Positions 10,824 to 20,371 of a stretch of 64,000 bases of DNA are shown here, in pieces. A program made the translations under genes and the position numbers. Source of the stretch: an uncultured Pseudomonadota bacterium (lineage in GTDB: Bacteria > Pseudomonadota > Alphaproteobacteria > RF32 > CAG-239); NCBI GenBank assembly GCA_949295935.1, contig CASFMW010000003.1, forward strand, positions 28,109 to 92,108. The letters are read 5' to 3'. Every line of letters begins with the position of its first letter. The first letter of the stretch is position 1. The notes under the pieces are model-generated. The model was not told the origin of the DNA, searched no databases, and saw only the letters and a program-made list of their open reading frames with translations.

Positions 10824-11279
10824 TTAACGTGTCATAACATCACGATGATACAGTTCTCTGGCCTGCATCAAGATAGCATTTTCTGTTTCAGCGGAGAGTC
10901 GGTTATCGACGGTATCATCAACCCACGCTCCATTCTTAAGTCGTCTTTTATAAACTTCCGCCTTAAGGCTGTTTGCTTGCAACTTTTGAGAATAGATATG
11001 AACCACAACCTTAAACTGCTCATTATTAGAAAACGTCTTCCAGTCAGTAACAATCACACCGCCTTCGGCATCAGATGACGCCAACGGCATAAAAGAAAGT
11101 TTATCAAGAGAAGCCTGCCACAAATAAGGATTAACTTTAAGAGCATCAGCCTTCTCAATAACAGCTTCTTTAGTTTGGTTTTCCGCAGGTTTTTCATCTC
11201 CGAAAGGCCAAACCTCACGCAGATAAGAACATCCGTTTAACATCAACAGTCCGACAAACAAGCATAAATATTTTTTCAT
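10824..11279 (-). CDS. Small lipoprotein (151 aa), possibly DUF3576-type that commonly precedes leuS in alphaproteobacteria
   Basis: Lipobox LMLNGCSY; operonic with leuS (20-bp gap); family assignment from memory only. Confidence 0.65.
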   Translation of the reverse strand: MKKYLCLFVGLLMLNGCSYLREVWPFGDEKPAENQTKEAVIEKADALKVNPYLWQASLDKLSFMPLASSDAEGGVIVTDWKTFSNNEQFKVVVHIYSQKLQANSLKAEVYKRRLKNGAWVDDTVDNRLSAETENAILMQARELYHRDVMTR

Positions 11280-11399
11280 AACTCTATCCTCAATAAAAAA
11301 AATTCGTCACCATTATAAAAGCAAATAGAAAAAACTCAAGGGTTTAACTTGCAATTAACCCTAAAAGAACTAAAATAAATCCCAAAAGAAGGAAAAAAG

Positions 11400-12680
11400 A
11401 TGATAAACGCACGAGAAAAAACGCTAAAAGCAGTGAATAAATGCCTTGAAGAAAAAGCACTTATGCAAATAAATGCCAAGGAAGAAGATTCCGGTTTTAT
11501 TAAAATGCTATCACAAAGCCTGTTTCGTCACTGGGTTGAACTGGAGTCGATTCTCAAACAATATATAAAAAAGCCTCTTCCACCCAAAGAACAAACAACC
11601 AAAATCATCTTATTACTCGGAGCGGCAGAATTATGCTATATGCAAACACCGGCCTATGCCGCCATAAACGAATGGGTTGAACTCTGCAAAAAATATGGTG
11701 GAAAATTTCAAAGAGGCATGGTCAACGCTGTTTTAAGAAAAGTCGCCGAACACAAAACAAAGGGCTTAAAACCGGCACCATTTTTTCCTGAAAACTTTTT
11801 AAGAATATTAAAGCAGGACTACACGCCTGAACAAATCAAAAAAATGGAAACAGCCGCGCAAAAAGGCGAACCACCGCTAAACATCACAACCAAACAATCG
11901 CCCGAACTTTGGGCCGAAAAATTAAGTGGAAAACAAATAGCTAACAACAGCATCGCAACCTTATCCAAAGGCGCAATAACCGGCTTTGAAGGCTATCAAG
12001 AAGGCGCATGGTGGGTGCAAGACTTTGCCGCCACTTTGGCTGTATCAACTCTGGGTGATATCAAGAACAAACGTATTCTTGACCTCTGCGCTGCCCCCGG
12101 AGGAAAAACGGCACAGCTCATTTCTGCCGGAGCAAAAGTAACGGCACTCGATTCGTCTGCTCCCAGACTTGAAACATTGAAAAAAAATTTAGAAAGATTA
12201 CATCTAGAAGCTGAAGAAATTGTGTGTGCAGATGCCGTAAGTTTTTTGCAAAATTTTCAGGGCAAAAAATACGACCATATTTTACTTGATGCTCCCTGCT
12301 CGGCAACCGGCATATTCCGCCGCCACCCCGAGATTCTGCAGCATAAAAGCTTATCCGACATCAAAAAACAGGCTGAAATACAGCGTTTAATTTTACAAGA
12401 AAGCGACAAAGCCCTAAAGACCGACGGCTATTTAGTCTACTGCGTCTGCTCTTTAGCTAAAGCCGAAGGCAAAAGCCAAATCCGTCGTTTCCTCGAAAAA
12501 AACAACTGCTTTCAGCTAATAAAATTGCAAGAAGCCGACATCAAACATCAAGGTCCGGCCTCTCTGCAAGAAGCCATCACTCCGGAAGGCTATGTATCCA
12601 CTCTAAGTTACATGCTCTCCGAATACGGCGGACTGGATTCGTTTTTTATAGCAAAACTGCAAAAGGTAAAAGAAAGATGA
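11400..12680 (+). CDS. rsmB: 16S rRNA (cytosine-C5)-methyltransferase, RsmB/Sun family
   Basis: N-terminal NusB-like region; SAM motif LDLCAAPGGKT; catalytic DAPCSATG and ...CVCS... motifs. Confidence 0.88.
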   Translation: MINAREKTLKAVNKCLEEKALMQINAKEEDSGFIKMLSQSLFRHWVELESILKQYIKKPLPPKEQTTKIILLLGAAELCYMQTPAYAAINEWVELCKKYGGKFQRGMVNAVLRKVAEHKTKGLKPAPFFPENFLRILKQDYTPEQIKKMETAAQKGEPPLNITTKQSPELWAEKLSGKQIANNSIATLSKGAITGFEGYQEGAWWVQDFAATLAVSTLGDIKNKRILDLCAAPGGKTAQLISAGAKVTALDSSAPRLETLKKNLERLHLEAEEIVCADAVSFLQNFQGKKYDHILLDAPCSATGIFRRHPEILQHKSLSDIKKQAEIQRLILQESDKALKTDGYLVYCVCSLAKAEGKSQIRRFLEKNNCFQLIKLQEADIKHQGPASLQEAITPEGYVSTLSYMLSEYGGLDSFFIAKLQKVKER

Positions 12681-13594
12681 TTGAAAACAAAACCACAACG
12701 AAAGAAAAACCGATATACATTCTAGGACTAAACGCTGTGGGGCTGTATCTGGCTTCAAAATTTCAGCTTGGAGGAGAACGAGTTATTGTCCTAACCGACA
12801 AACGAGATAATGGCAACTTAAGCGGAACCGACTTTAACATAAAAGAAGATTCGGGCATCAAAAAAGGCGACATAAGCTTCACCACCTCTTTCTGGACCAA
12901 GGAAGAAGGCAAACTCGTCGTTATCGCCTCCAATCCACAAGATATAAATGCAGACATATTCAGACTGGGCAAAGAAAAACTGGCTCATTGTCCCACGGTT
13001 TGTGTTTCTCTGTGTGAAGACATTACCTTGGTAAAAAGAAGTCTGGAAACAAATGTCATACAAGTCTGGTTTGATGGCTGGATCAACCGCAAAAGCAACC
13101 ATATCTTTGCTTACGGAAAAATACCGGAACTAATATTTTATTCCTTACCGGAAAAAGAAACCAGCCGCAAACTCGAAAAACTTTTTTCACCTTCGGGAAT
13201 AAAGTTCAATAATGACACGCCCAATGAATCAAAAGAAAAGCTCTATTGCTATATGGGCTGTTCTCTGGCCTGCGCCGTCTGCGGCAAAAACATAAATCAA
13301 ATATTCAAAAACAAAAGCGACACAGCCTTACTGGAACAATATTTCAAAGAAATCAGCAGCGTGTCAGAGGTCGAAAAAAACACTGTTTCGGCAGAAAAGC
13401 TGCTTGAAATGGCAAAATCAACCCCTGCCAATTACACCTTTCCGCTGATTGAAAGCCTAAACCAAAACCGCAGCGGTGAATACAGCTTTTTCTGCGACTA
13501 CATCTTACGCTACAGCCGACGCAACGACTGCAATGTAGAACATCTGGCACAAGGGCTTAAAAAAATTTATCACACATATCTTAGTATAACCTAA
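12677..13594 (+). CDS. Ketopantoate-reductase (ApbA/PanE)-like protein, divergent (305 aa)
   Basis: N-terminal Rossmann-like IYILGLNAVGLYLASKF...RVIVLT; C-terminal helix resembling PanE C-domain; start overlaps rsmB stop (ATGA). Confidence 0.45.
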   Translation: MIENKTTTKEKPIYILGLNAVGLYLASKFQLGGERVIVLTDKRDNGNLSGTDFNIKEDSGIKKGDISFTTSFWTKEEGKLVVIASNPQDINADIFRLGKEKLAHCPTVCVSLCEDITLVKRSLETNVIQVWFDGWINRKSNHIFAYGKIPELIFYSLPEKETSRKLEKLFSPSGIKFNNDTPNESKEKLYCYMGCSLACAVCGKNINQIFKNKSDTALLEQYFKEISSVSEVEKNTVSAEKLLEMAKSTPANYTFPLIESLNQNRSGEYSFFCDYILRYSRRNDCNVEHLAQGLKKIYHTYLSIT

Positions 13595-13670
13595 TTGTAA
13601 TAGTTGAAGCTCAAAAGAAAACATAATATAAAATAACAAGGATGAGAACAATTTTGAGGCCCAAGCGCTT

Positions 13671-14717
13671 ATGGAAAAAAGCTTAATAGCAATCACAATC
13701 GCCATAATCCTGTGCTTTTTAGGAAGCTTTATCGGATTAAAACAAATCTCTGCCTACAATGGCAAAGGAACGTTTTGGCTTTTGTGGACCGCAATTTTTG
13801 CCGGCTGGATGAGCCTCTATTTTGCACTGCCGCCTCAAACCGATTTTATCTCAGCACTTTATATCTGGGAAATTCCATCTCTAGCTACCATCAGTGCCAT
13901 TCTTTACATTTTGCTCCAAAAATTTCCTAAGCTAAGTTTAATAATACTTTTTCTCGGTTCCGAAATTGCTAGTTTCACACTCCCTGCCAATGGCATGATA
14001 TTTAATGGAGAATTAGACTTTTGGGCTGACAGAAGCACACTCATCTTGCTCTGGACAATTTATGCTTATTGCTTCAGCTGGCTAAGCACCACCGACGGCA
14101 TAACCGGTGCACAAAGCCTCGGAACCCTGGCCGGCATCGGCATTCTCAGCCTAATTGGCGGAGCTCCTTTATTCATGGGCATCATGGCACTATGCGCTAT
14201 TAGCATTTTTAGTGCTTGGCAGTTATTTAACAACTACCCCGCAAAACTAAAATTATCAAAAGCAGATAGCTGGGCACTTGGTTTTATTTTAGCATGGTTT
14301 AACTTAAAAGCCGCCACTGAAGGCGCCGGCAGCTGCATACTCTGCTTCAACATGTTTTTTGCTTATCAAATAATCATCAGCCTCGGACGTTACTTCTTAA
14401 CAAGAGGCAGCAAAAATCAATTATCTCAAAACTCTGACTATTATTTAATCGGATTAAGCGGCTTGGCTCCTGCAGAAACAACTGCAGCCATCAGCAAACT
14501 CTTGTTGCTTTTAATCATATTGGGAGGATTTTCGGCTTTTGCTCCAAACGCATATTCATTGCCGATATTTGCACTCATGAGCTGCATCTGGTTTTTCCAT
14601 CGCCTCTGGCACTGGAAAGAAGCTATCCCGACATTAAAAGAAATTAATAGCACAGTAATAAATGACATTAAAACCAATGTCAGCAACATCGCCGACGGGC
14701 TAAAGACGAAAGACTAG
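13671..14717 (+). CDS. Polytopic membrane protein, degenerate MraY/WecA-like (glycosyltransferase family 4) features
   Basis: ~10 TM segments; ...LSTTDGITGAQSLGTLAG... resembles the N-x-x-DG-x-DGL loop; C-terminal HRLWH histidine cluster; other catalytic motifs poorly conserved. Confidence 0.45.
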   Translation: MEKSLIAITIAIILCFLGSFIGLKQISAYNGKGTFWLLWTAIFAGWMSLYFALPPQTDFISALYIWEIPSLATISAILYILLQKFPKLSLIILFLGSEIASFTLPANGMIFNGELDFWADRSTLILLWTIYAYCFSWLSTTDGITGAQSLGTLAGIGILSLIGGAPLFMGIMALCAISIFSAWQLFNNYPAKLKLSKADSWALGFILAWFNLKAATEGAGSCILCFNMFFAYQIIISLGRYFLTRGSKNQLSQNSDYYLIGLSGLAPAETTAAISKLLLLLIILGGFSAFAPNAYSLPIFALMSCIWFFHRLWHWKEAIPTLKEINSTVINDIKTNVSNIADGLKTKD

Positions 14718-14721
14718 ACCA

Positions 14722-16083
14722 ATGAACTTAGTGCAAAAGCTTTTTAGTCTTATATACCCCCAGCAAAAGGCTAAGGAAAAAACCTTAAACCTTTCAGACT
14801 ACAAACACATATATTTTTCTGTCGGTGTTATAGAATTTGCAGACAATGTAGAAAATGATTCAGGAAAAGTGCTGGCCCGTTTGCTCGGAGATGCCGACTA
14901 CTTCAAAAGTTTTTACTATGAGCATGACTATCCGCAAAATATATTATCACTGGAAAGCCGCACTATATTTGACCTGATAGACAGAGGACAATCTCTTCTT
15001 GACCGCACCAAAGCCGATGTCATCATCTGGGGCAAAAGAGAAGGCGATAAAATCAGACTCAATTTTCAAACCGGAAAACAGTATGAAACCGAGGATAAAT
15101 CCTTTGTCAGCTTGCTGGACAGCCTTTACATACCGGCCTCATTCTTAGAAAATCCGGCCTTATTTCCGCCAGCCATTCATAATTTGATAAACGGAGCCAT
15201 CCTCAGCGCCATCAGCCCTCTTGACGCACAACAAAGAATCTACCGCCGTTACCTTTTAAAAAGAACAATTTACAACCTGACAAAAGATGATTCGGCAAAA
15301 AACATGCCTGAAGAATATCTGCCTTATATATTAAACTTCTTAGGCATAATATATTTGAGTTACGCACACGAAGAAGAAGACGGCAGAAACTTCCGCACCA
15401 TAAACCAGCTTTTGAATGCCGCCCTAAAAAAACAAGATTTAATCAGCAATCCGATTCATCTGGGCTGCATATATTACCACTTTGGGCAACTATACGATTC
15501 GGCAGCACAATGCACAACACGCAACCCGATTAATTACTACCGCGGAGCAATCAGCTATTACCGCCAAGCACAAAAATATCTAAGCAAATACACTTATGCT
15601 TACGACTACGGCTACATATCTTACAAGTTATCAAATCTGTATTATAATTATTGGAAACAAAAAGAAGATTTACAGGCTTTAAGAGACGCTGTTTTTCACC
15701 TAAGAGAAGCCGAAAAAATATACACCTTTGCACTATTTCCAAATTTTTGGGCCGAGCTTCAAGGACAGTTAGGAAAAATGCTTGCTTTACTGGGAAGCAT
15801 AACCCACAGCACCGAGATTTCAGAAGTGGCAATTAACAGCTACCGCAACCAACAAAAGGTGGTTACCGAACGACGCAATCCGCTGGCTTGGGCGCATATC
15901 CAAGAAGCCATTGGCAACATTCATTATCAACTTGGGCAAAATGGCGGCGGCAATTCTCATTTTGAAGAAGCCATGGAATATTTTCACGACGCATTGTATA
16001 TTTATGAAAATATGGAACTCTCTGAAAATATCAGAAAAATCACTTCCAGCATTTCCCGCACCCAGCGCCTTCTGATAAAATAA
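14722..16083 (+). CDS. TPR-like repeat protein (453 aa), Tyr-rich helical repeats
   Basis: Repeated aromatic-rich alpha-helical hairpins (YYRGAISYYRQAQKYL..., NLYYNYWKQKEDLQALRDAV...); 5 bp after preceding gene. Confidence 0.55.
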   Translation: MNLVQKLFSLIYPQQKAKEKTLNLSDYKHIYFSVGVIEFADNVENDSGKVLARLLGDADYFKSFYYEHDYPQNILSLESRTIFDLIDRGQSLLDRTKADVIIWGKREGDKIRLNFQTGKQYETEDKSFVSLLDSLYIPASFLENPALFPPAIHNLINGAILSAISPLDAQQRIYRRYLLKRTIYNLTKDDSAKNMPEEYLPYILNFLGIIYLSYAHEEEDGRNFRTINQLLNAALKKQDLISNPIHLGCIYYHFGQLYDSAAQCTTRNPINYYRGAISYYRQAQKYLSKYTYAYDYGYISYKLSNLYYNYWKQKEDLQALRDAVFHLREAEKIYTFALFPNFWAELQGQLGKMLALLGSITHSTEISEVAINSYRNQQKVVTERRNPLAWAHIQEAIGNIHYQLGQNGGGNSHFEEAMEYFHDALYIYENMELSENIRKITSSISRTQRLLIK

Positions 16084-16126
16084 AAAAAGGGCTACCCACA
16101 GGCAACCCCGAAACAAAGGAAGAGAT

Positions 16127-16912
16127 TTAAACCGAAACTTTCCCCTTAATCGCCGGATGATACTGATATCCTTCCAACGTAAAATCTTTAAGCGTAAAGC
16201 CGTCGATTTCACGAACAGCTGGATTCAAAACCATTTTGGGCAACGGATAAGGCTCACGAGAGAGTTGCTCTTTCACCTGCGCAAAGTGGTTTTTATAGAT
16301 ATGAGCATCACCCAAAACATGAATATACTCACCGGCTTCAAGCCCACAAACCTGTGCTAACATCATGGTCAGCAAGGCATAAGAGGCAATATTGAACGGC
16401 ACACCGAGAAACATATCACCGCTACGCTGATACATCATAAGTGACAGCTTTCCATCCTGCACATAGCATTGATACATCATGTGGCATGGCGGCAAAGCCA
16501 TTTCATCAAGTTGCGTCGGATTCCAAGCCGAAACAACAAGGCGGCGGCTATCCGGCGTATTTTTGATGTCATCAACCAGCTTTTTCAATTGGTCAATACC
16601 GAGATTATCCCAATTACGCCATTGCGCACCATAGATAGGCCCAAGGTCACCTTTTTCATCAGCCCATTCGTCCCAGATATGAACACCGTTATCATGCAGG
16701 AACTCTATATTCGTGTCCCCTTTAACAAACCACAAAAGCTCAGAAATAACACCCTTGAGAAACATTCGCTTCGTCGTCAGCAACGGAAATCCTTGCGATA
16801 AGTCAAACCTCATACTACGCCCAAAAACCGAGCGTGTTCCTGTACCTGTGCGGTCTTCTTTGTCATGACCGTTTTCAATAATGTCCTTAAGTAAATCAAG
16901 ATACTGTTTCAT
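16127..16912 (-). CDS. thyA: Thymidylate synthase
   Basis: [15 protein letters not shown]... and catalytic-Cys region (…[10 protein letters not shown]…); ATG at 16910-16912 (ORF-track extension to 16957 is upstream read-through from a TTG). Confidence 0.97.
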   Translation of the reverse strand: MKQYLDLLKDIIENGHDKEDRTGTGTRSVFGRSMRFDLSQGFPLLTTKRMFLKGVISELLWFVKGDTNIEFLHDNGVHIWDEWADEKGDLGPIYGAQWRNWDNLGIDQLKKLVDDIKNTPDSRRLVVSAWNPTQLDEMALPPCHMMYQCYVQDGKLSLMMYQRSGDMFLGVPFNIASYALLTMMLAQVCGLEAGEYIHVLGDAHIYKNHFAQVKEQLSREPYPLPKMVLNPAVREIDGFTLKDFTLEGYQYHPAIKGKVSV

Positions 16913-16967
16913 AAAAAATAATATTTTAGAATTAATAATAAAGTTAATTGAGCTCAATATATCCTAT

Positions 16968-16992
16968 TTTAGACAAAGGTCAACAAAAAAGC
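16968..16992 (-). promoter_or_regulatory. Conserved promoter-like element upstream of thyA (minus-strand reading TTTTTTGTTGACCTTTGTCTAAAA; -35 TTGACC, 16-bp spacer, -10 TATATT)
   Basis: Near-identical motif recurs at 25830, 34065, 40992 and, related, 18699. Confidence 0.5.
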
Positions 16993-17076
16993 ATATCAAA
17001 AAAGCGGTTGCAATCTCGATTGAATTCAGTTATAACCAAATCAATTTTTAAGATTTTGTTTTTAAGGAGTTTTTTA

Positions 17077-18189
17077 ATGGGTTTTAATTGCGGAATAGTC
17101 GGTTTGCCGAATGTCGGAAAATCAACGTTGTTTAACGCTTTAACACAAACGATTGCGGCACAGGCGGCAAATTTTCCGTTTTGCACGATTGAGCCGAACA
17201 CCGGCCGCGTCGCCGTTCCGGACGAAAGATTAAAACAGCTGACCGAGATTGTAAAACCACGGATGGTCACGCCGACACAGCTTGAATTTGTTGATATTGC
17301 CGGATTGGTAAAAGGCGCATCCAAAGGCGAAGGCTTAGGCAACCAGTTCTTGGCCAACATCCGCGAGGTTGACGCGATTATTCATGTTTTGCGTTGTTTT
17401 GAAGATGATAACATTACCCATGTCGAAGGCTCAGTCGACCCCATTCGCGATGCCGACATTGTCGAAACAGAATTAATGATTGCCGACTTAGAGTCTTTAG
17501 AAAAACGCTTTGAACAAACCAAGAAAAAAGCCCAAACCGGCGGCGATAAAGAGGCAAAAATCCGCGCACAGGTAATGGAACCGATTATCGAGGCTCTTCG
17601 TGCTGGCAAGCCGGCTCGTTCTGCTGCACCGGATAAATCGGATAAAGAAGCCTATAAACAATACGAAATGCTCCAGCTTCTGACCTCAAAACCGGTTTTA
17701 TATGTCTGCAACGTTGACGAAGCCTCTGCCGCTGAGGGCAATAATTTTTCAAAGCAAGTTGAAGAACGTGCGAAAAAAGAAGGAACCGAAGCGGTCATTA
17801 TTTCAGCCGAAATCGAATCAGAAGTCGCTCAACTTGATAATGAAGATGAGAAAAAAGAATTTTTGGACTCTTTAGGCTTGTCAGAAACCGGCTTAGCCAA
17901 AATTATCCGCGCCGGTTACAAGCTTTTAGGCTTGCAAACTTACTTCACTTGCGGCCCGAAGGAAGTCCGTGCATGGACCTTTATCAAAGGCTCAAAAGCC
18001 CCGCAATGCGCCGGAATCATCCACTCTGACTTTGAAAAAGGCTTCATCCGCGCCGAAACCATCGCCTTTGATGACTTCATCAAGTTCGGCGGAGAACAAG
18101 GCTGCAAAGAAGCCGGAAAAGTCCGTTCCGAAGGCAAAGAATATGTCGTCCAAGATGGTGATGTCTTGCTCTTCTTGTTTAATGTATAA
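17077..18189 (+). CDS. ychF: Ribosome-binding ATPase YchF (Obg-family GTPase)
   Basis: [24 protein letters not shown]1 motif; AAGGAG SD 7 nt upstream; ORF-track N-terminal extension (from 16948) is spurious. Confidence 0.95.
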   Translation: MGFNCGIVGLPNVGKSTLFNALTQTIAAQAANFPFCTIEPNTGRVAVPDERLKQLTEIVKPRMVTPTQLEFVDIAGLVKGASKGEGLGNQFLANIREVDAIIHVLRCFEDDNITHVEGSVDPIRDADIVETELMIADLESLEKRFEQTKKKAQTGGDKEAKIRAQVMEPIIEALRAGKPARSAAPDKSDKEAYKQYEMLQLLTSKPVLYVCNVDEASAAEGNNFSKQVEERAKKEGTEAVIISAEIESEVAQLDNEDEKKEFLDSLGLSETGLAKIIRAGYKLLGLQTYFTCGPKEVRAWTFIKGSKAPQCAGIIHSDFEKGFIRAETIAFDDFIKFGGEQGCKEAGKVRSEGKEYVVQDGDVLLFLFNV

Positions 18190-18205
18190 AGAATAAGGTA
18201 AAAAG

Positions 18206-18676
18206 ATGCGCTTAGCTTTGTTTCAACCCGACATTCCGCAAAACACCGGCACGTTACTGCGACTTGGAGCTTGTTTGGATGTTGCTCTGGATATCATTGA
18301 ACCTTGCGGCTTTATTTTTAATGAAAAAGCCATGCGCCGTGCCGGTATGGATTACCTGGAACAAGTATCATACCGCCGACACAATTCTTGGCAAGATTTC
18401 TTAGCGTTTCGCCAAGAGCATCCCGAAGAATACGGGCGATTGGTTTTAATGACAACCCACGCTTCTAATCCTTATACCGAGTTCAGTTTTGCAAAAAACG
18501 ACATTATCTTAATGGGCAGAGAAAGCGCAGGCGTTCCGCAAGAAGTCCATGAAACCGTTGACGCACGGCTTTTAATTCCGATGAACAAAAACGCTCGTTC
18601 AATTAATATGGCTGTTTCCGCAGCCATGGTCTTGGGTGAAGGCTTACGCCAAACAAACCTCTTTCCTCAAGCCTAA
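18206..18676 (+). CDS. trmL: tRNA (cytidine/uridine-2'-O)-methyltransferase, SpoU/TrmL family
   Basis: 156 aa; SPOUT-family motifs (…NTGTLLRLG…, …AGVPQEV…). Confidence 0.85.
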   Translation: MRLALFQPDIPQNTGTLLRLGACLDVALDIIEPCGFIFNEKAMRRAGMDYLEQVSYRRHNSWQDFLAFRQEHPEEYGRLVLMTTHASNPYTEFSFAKNDIILMGRESAGVPQEVHETVDARLLIPMNKNARSINMAVSAAMVLGEGLRQTNLFPQA

Positions 18677-18698
18677 AAACAAAAGTATAAATCTTTTA

Positions 18699-18777
18699 TT
18701 TGACATTTTTGTCACAAAGTGCTACCTAAAAATCAGAGAATTATTATTTTAGTTATTAATCTATAAATCTTATTATC
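18699..18777 (+). promoter_or_regulatory. Promoter (TTGACA-N17-TACCTAAAAAT) plus conserved A/U-rich SD-less leader for the first of two tandem membrane paralogs
   Basis: ~57-bp block 18721-18777 ~93% identical to 19315-19372. Confidence 0.5.
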
Positions 18778-19257
18778 ATGAGTACGATAGAAATTTTATT
18801 ACTGGGCATCATGGCCGTCATTGCGATTAATTTTTTCTATGTTCTTTTCAAGAAGCCGTTTTGGAATCTTTTCAAACAAGCAGTATGGAACACATGGAAC
18901 GGATTGTGCCTTATTATTTTAGGCATACTGTTTGTAATTTATGCAATCAACACGGAAAGAATAAACGGATTCTTTTTGCTGGCCGTATTTGTCGCAACCT
19001 TCGTGAGCTATATCTCGACCAAAATGATAGAAAGAAAATTCTGCACAGTTATGTATGGAGAAACTCATTTTTTCCGCATTACATCTTTTGTCGGCAAAAA
19101 GATATACGGAGAATTAGCCATCACTGGCTCGGGTGAAACTGTTCCAGCACGATTGGTTTGTCCGCTTCACGCCGATTACAAGTATAATGACATCATACCG
19201 GTTGCGGTTTTGTTATGCAAACAAAATGAAATCATCGTCGAACCGACGGAAAATTAA
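18778..19257 (+). CDS. Hypothetical membrane protein, tandem paralog 1 (159 aa; N-terminal TM helices, C-terminal soluble domain)
   Basis: Shares NFFYVL(F/Y)K.PFWN, HFF(R/K)I...G(K/R)I(Y/F)GEL and C-terminal VEP motifs with the ORF at 19373-19849. Confidence 0.65.
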   Translation: MSTIEILLLGIMAVIAINFFYVLFKKPFWNLFKQAVWNTWNGLCLIILGILFVIYAINTERINGFFLLAVFVATFVSYISTKMIERKFCTVMYGETHFFRITSFVGKKIYGELAITGSGETVPARLVCPLHADYKYNDIIPVAVLLCKQNEIIVEPTEN

Positions 19258-19261
19258 ACCT

Positions 19262-19291
19262 CAAGGAGAGCTTTAAGCTCTCCTTTTTTTG
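19262..19291 (+). terminator. Rho-independent terminator after paralog 1 (GGAGAGCT-tta-AGCTCTCC + T7)
   Basis: Perfect stem and T-run. Confidence 0.75.
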
Positions 19292-19372
19292 TTTGACTTT
19301 TTAAGCATAAAATGCTTACCTAAAAATCAGAGAATTATTATTTTAGTTATTAATTTATAAAATCTTATTTTT
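19291..19372 (+). promoter_or_regulatory. Promoter (TTGACT-N18-TACCTAAAAAT) plus conserved leader of tandem paralog 2
   Basis: Duplicate of 18699-18777 element. Confidence 0.5.
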
Positions 19373-19849
19373 ATGGAAACGCTTAAAATTTTTTTATGTA
19401 TTGTCATTTTCATAAACATGACAAATTTTTTTTATGTGTTATATAAAGCTCCTTTCTGGAACTTTGATAAACAATTTTTATGGAAATTATGGGTTTTATT
19501 CTGTTGCTCTGCATTAATTGTATTAGCCTTAATTTGTTATTTTCATAACATTAATAACAAATGGATTATAACAACAATATTGTTAGCTCTCGGAATGGAT
19601 TTAAACTCCATCCCCCTTGTGCTGTCAGATTTTAATAAAGTGATAAAAGAAAGACCTCACTTTTTTAAAATAGAGAGAATAGAAAACGGACGAATTTTCG
19701 GTGAACTTTTTATAGCCGAAAAGGACGACACATTCCCTGCTGAGATGATAAACGTTCCACAAGGAAAATACAAAATCGGAAATAAAATAACAGTAAACGT
19801 CGTTATCTGTACAATTGAAAAAATAAAAGTTGAGCCTCAAACAACTTAA
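19373..19849 (+). CDS. Hypothetical membrane protein, tandem paralog 2 (158 aa)
   Basis: Paralog of 18778-19257 (roughly 30% identity, same architecture). Confidence 0.65.
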   Translation: METLKIFLCIVIFINMTNFFYVLYKAPFWNFDKQFLWKLWVLFCCSALIVLALICYFHNINNKWIITTILLALGMDLNSIPLVLSDFNKVIKERPHFFKIERIENGRIFGELFIAEKDDTFPAEMINVPQGKYKIGNKITVNVVICTIEKIKVEPQTT

Positions 19850-19852
19850 TCC

Positions 19853-19882
19853 AAAGAAGGAAGCTACGGCTTCCTTTTTTTA
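19853..19882 (+). terminator. Rho-independent terminator after paralog 2 (GGAAGC-tacg-GCTTCC + T-run)
   Basis: Stem-loop followed by TTTTTTT. Confidence 0.75.
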
Positions 19883-20012
19883 TGAGAAATCAGCCATTTT
19901 TGCAAAAAAGTTCTTGCATTTTAAACAAATAAGAGGTAAACAGAACTTGCTTTAGAACACCCCTGGAGGTTTTAAGGCATAAAATTTGTTTTTATAATAA
20001 AGGAATTTTAAA

Positions 20013-20303
20013 ATGGCTGATTTAATTTTTAATGCTAAAAAGCGTGAAACAGCAGGTAAGGGGGCAGCTCGCGCATGTCGTCGTGAGGGCCGTATTCCTG
20101 CCGTAATTTATGGTGGAAAAGAAGCTCCGGTCATGATTAGTCTTGACCCTGTTCAAGTTGAAAAAGCTTTGGATATGGCTGGCTTATACAGCTTTGACAT
20201 TGACGTTAACGTTGACGGCAAAAACTATGCCGTTAAATGTCAGGATGTTCAATTCCATCCGGTTAGCGACAAAGCTATTCACGTCGATTTTCTCAGAAAG
20301 TAA
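20013..20303 (+). CDS. rplY: 50S ribosomal protein L25, short (N-terminal-domain-only, 96 aa) form
   Basis: …RIPAVIYG… L25/Ctc N-domain; stop directly after ...HVDFLRK; no room for the Ctc C-terminal domain before the terminator. Confidence 0.85.
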   Translation: MADLIFNAKKRETAGKGAARACRREGRIPAVIYGGKEAPVMISLDPVQVEKALDMAGLYSFDIDVNVDGKNYAVKCQDVQFHPVSDKAIHVDFLRK

Positions 20304-20371
20304 GTCTCTTCATCGTGAAAGTCGTCCACTATGCTTCTCTCGGATGGGCTTTGCGATGATGAATTGCTCAT

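Noticed and set aside
16948-17076. N-terminal 43-aa extension of ychF (TTG start at 16948) and 15-aa extension of thyA to 16957
   Set aside because: The extensions run through the shared promoter region and lack SD. Canonical starts with good SD (ychF ATG 17077) or conserved N-terminus (thyA MKQYL at 16912) are evident
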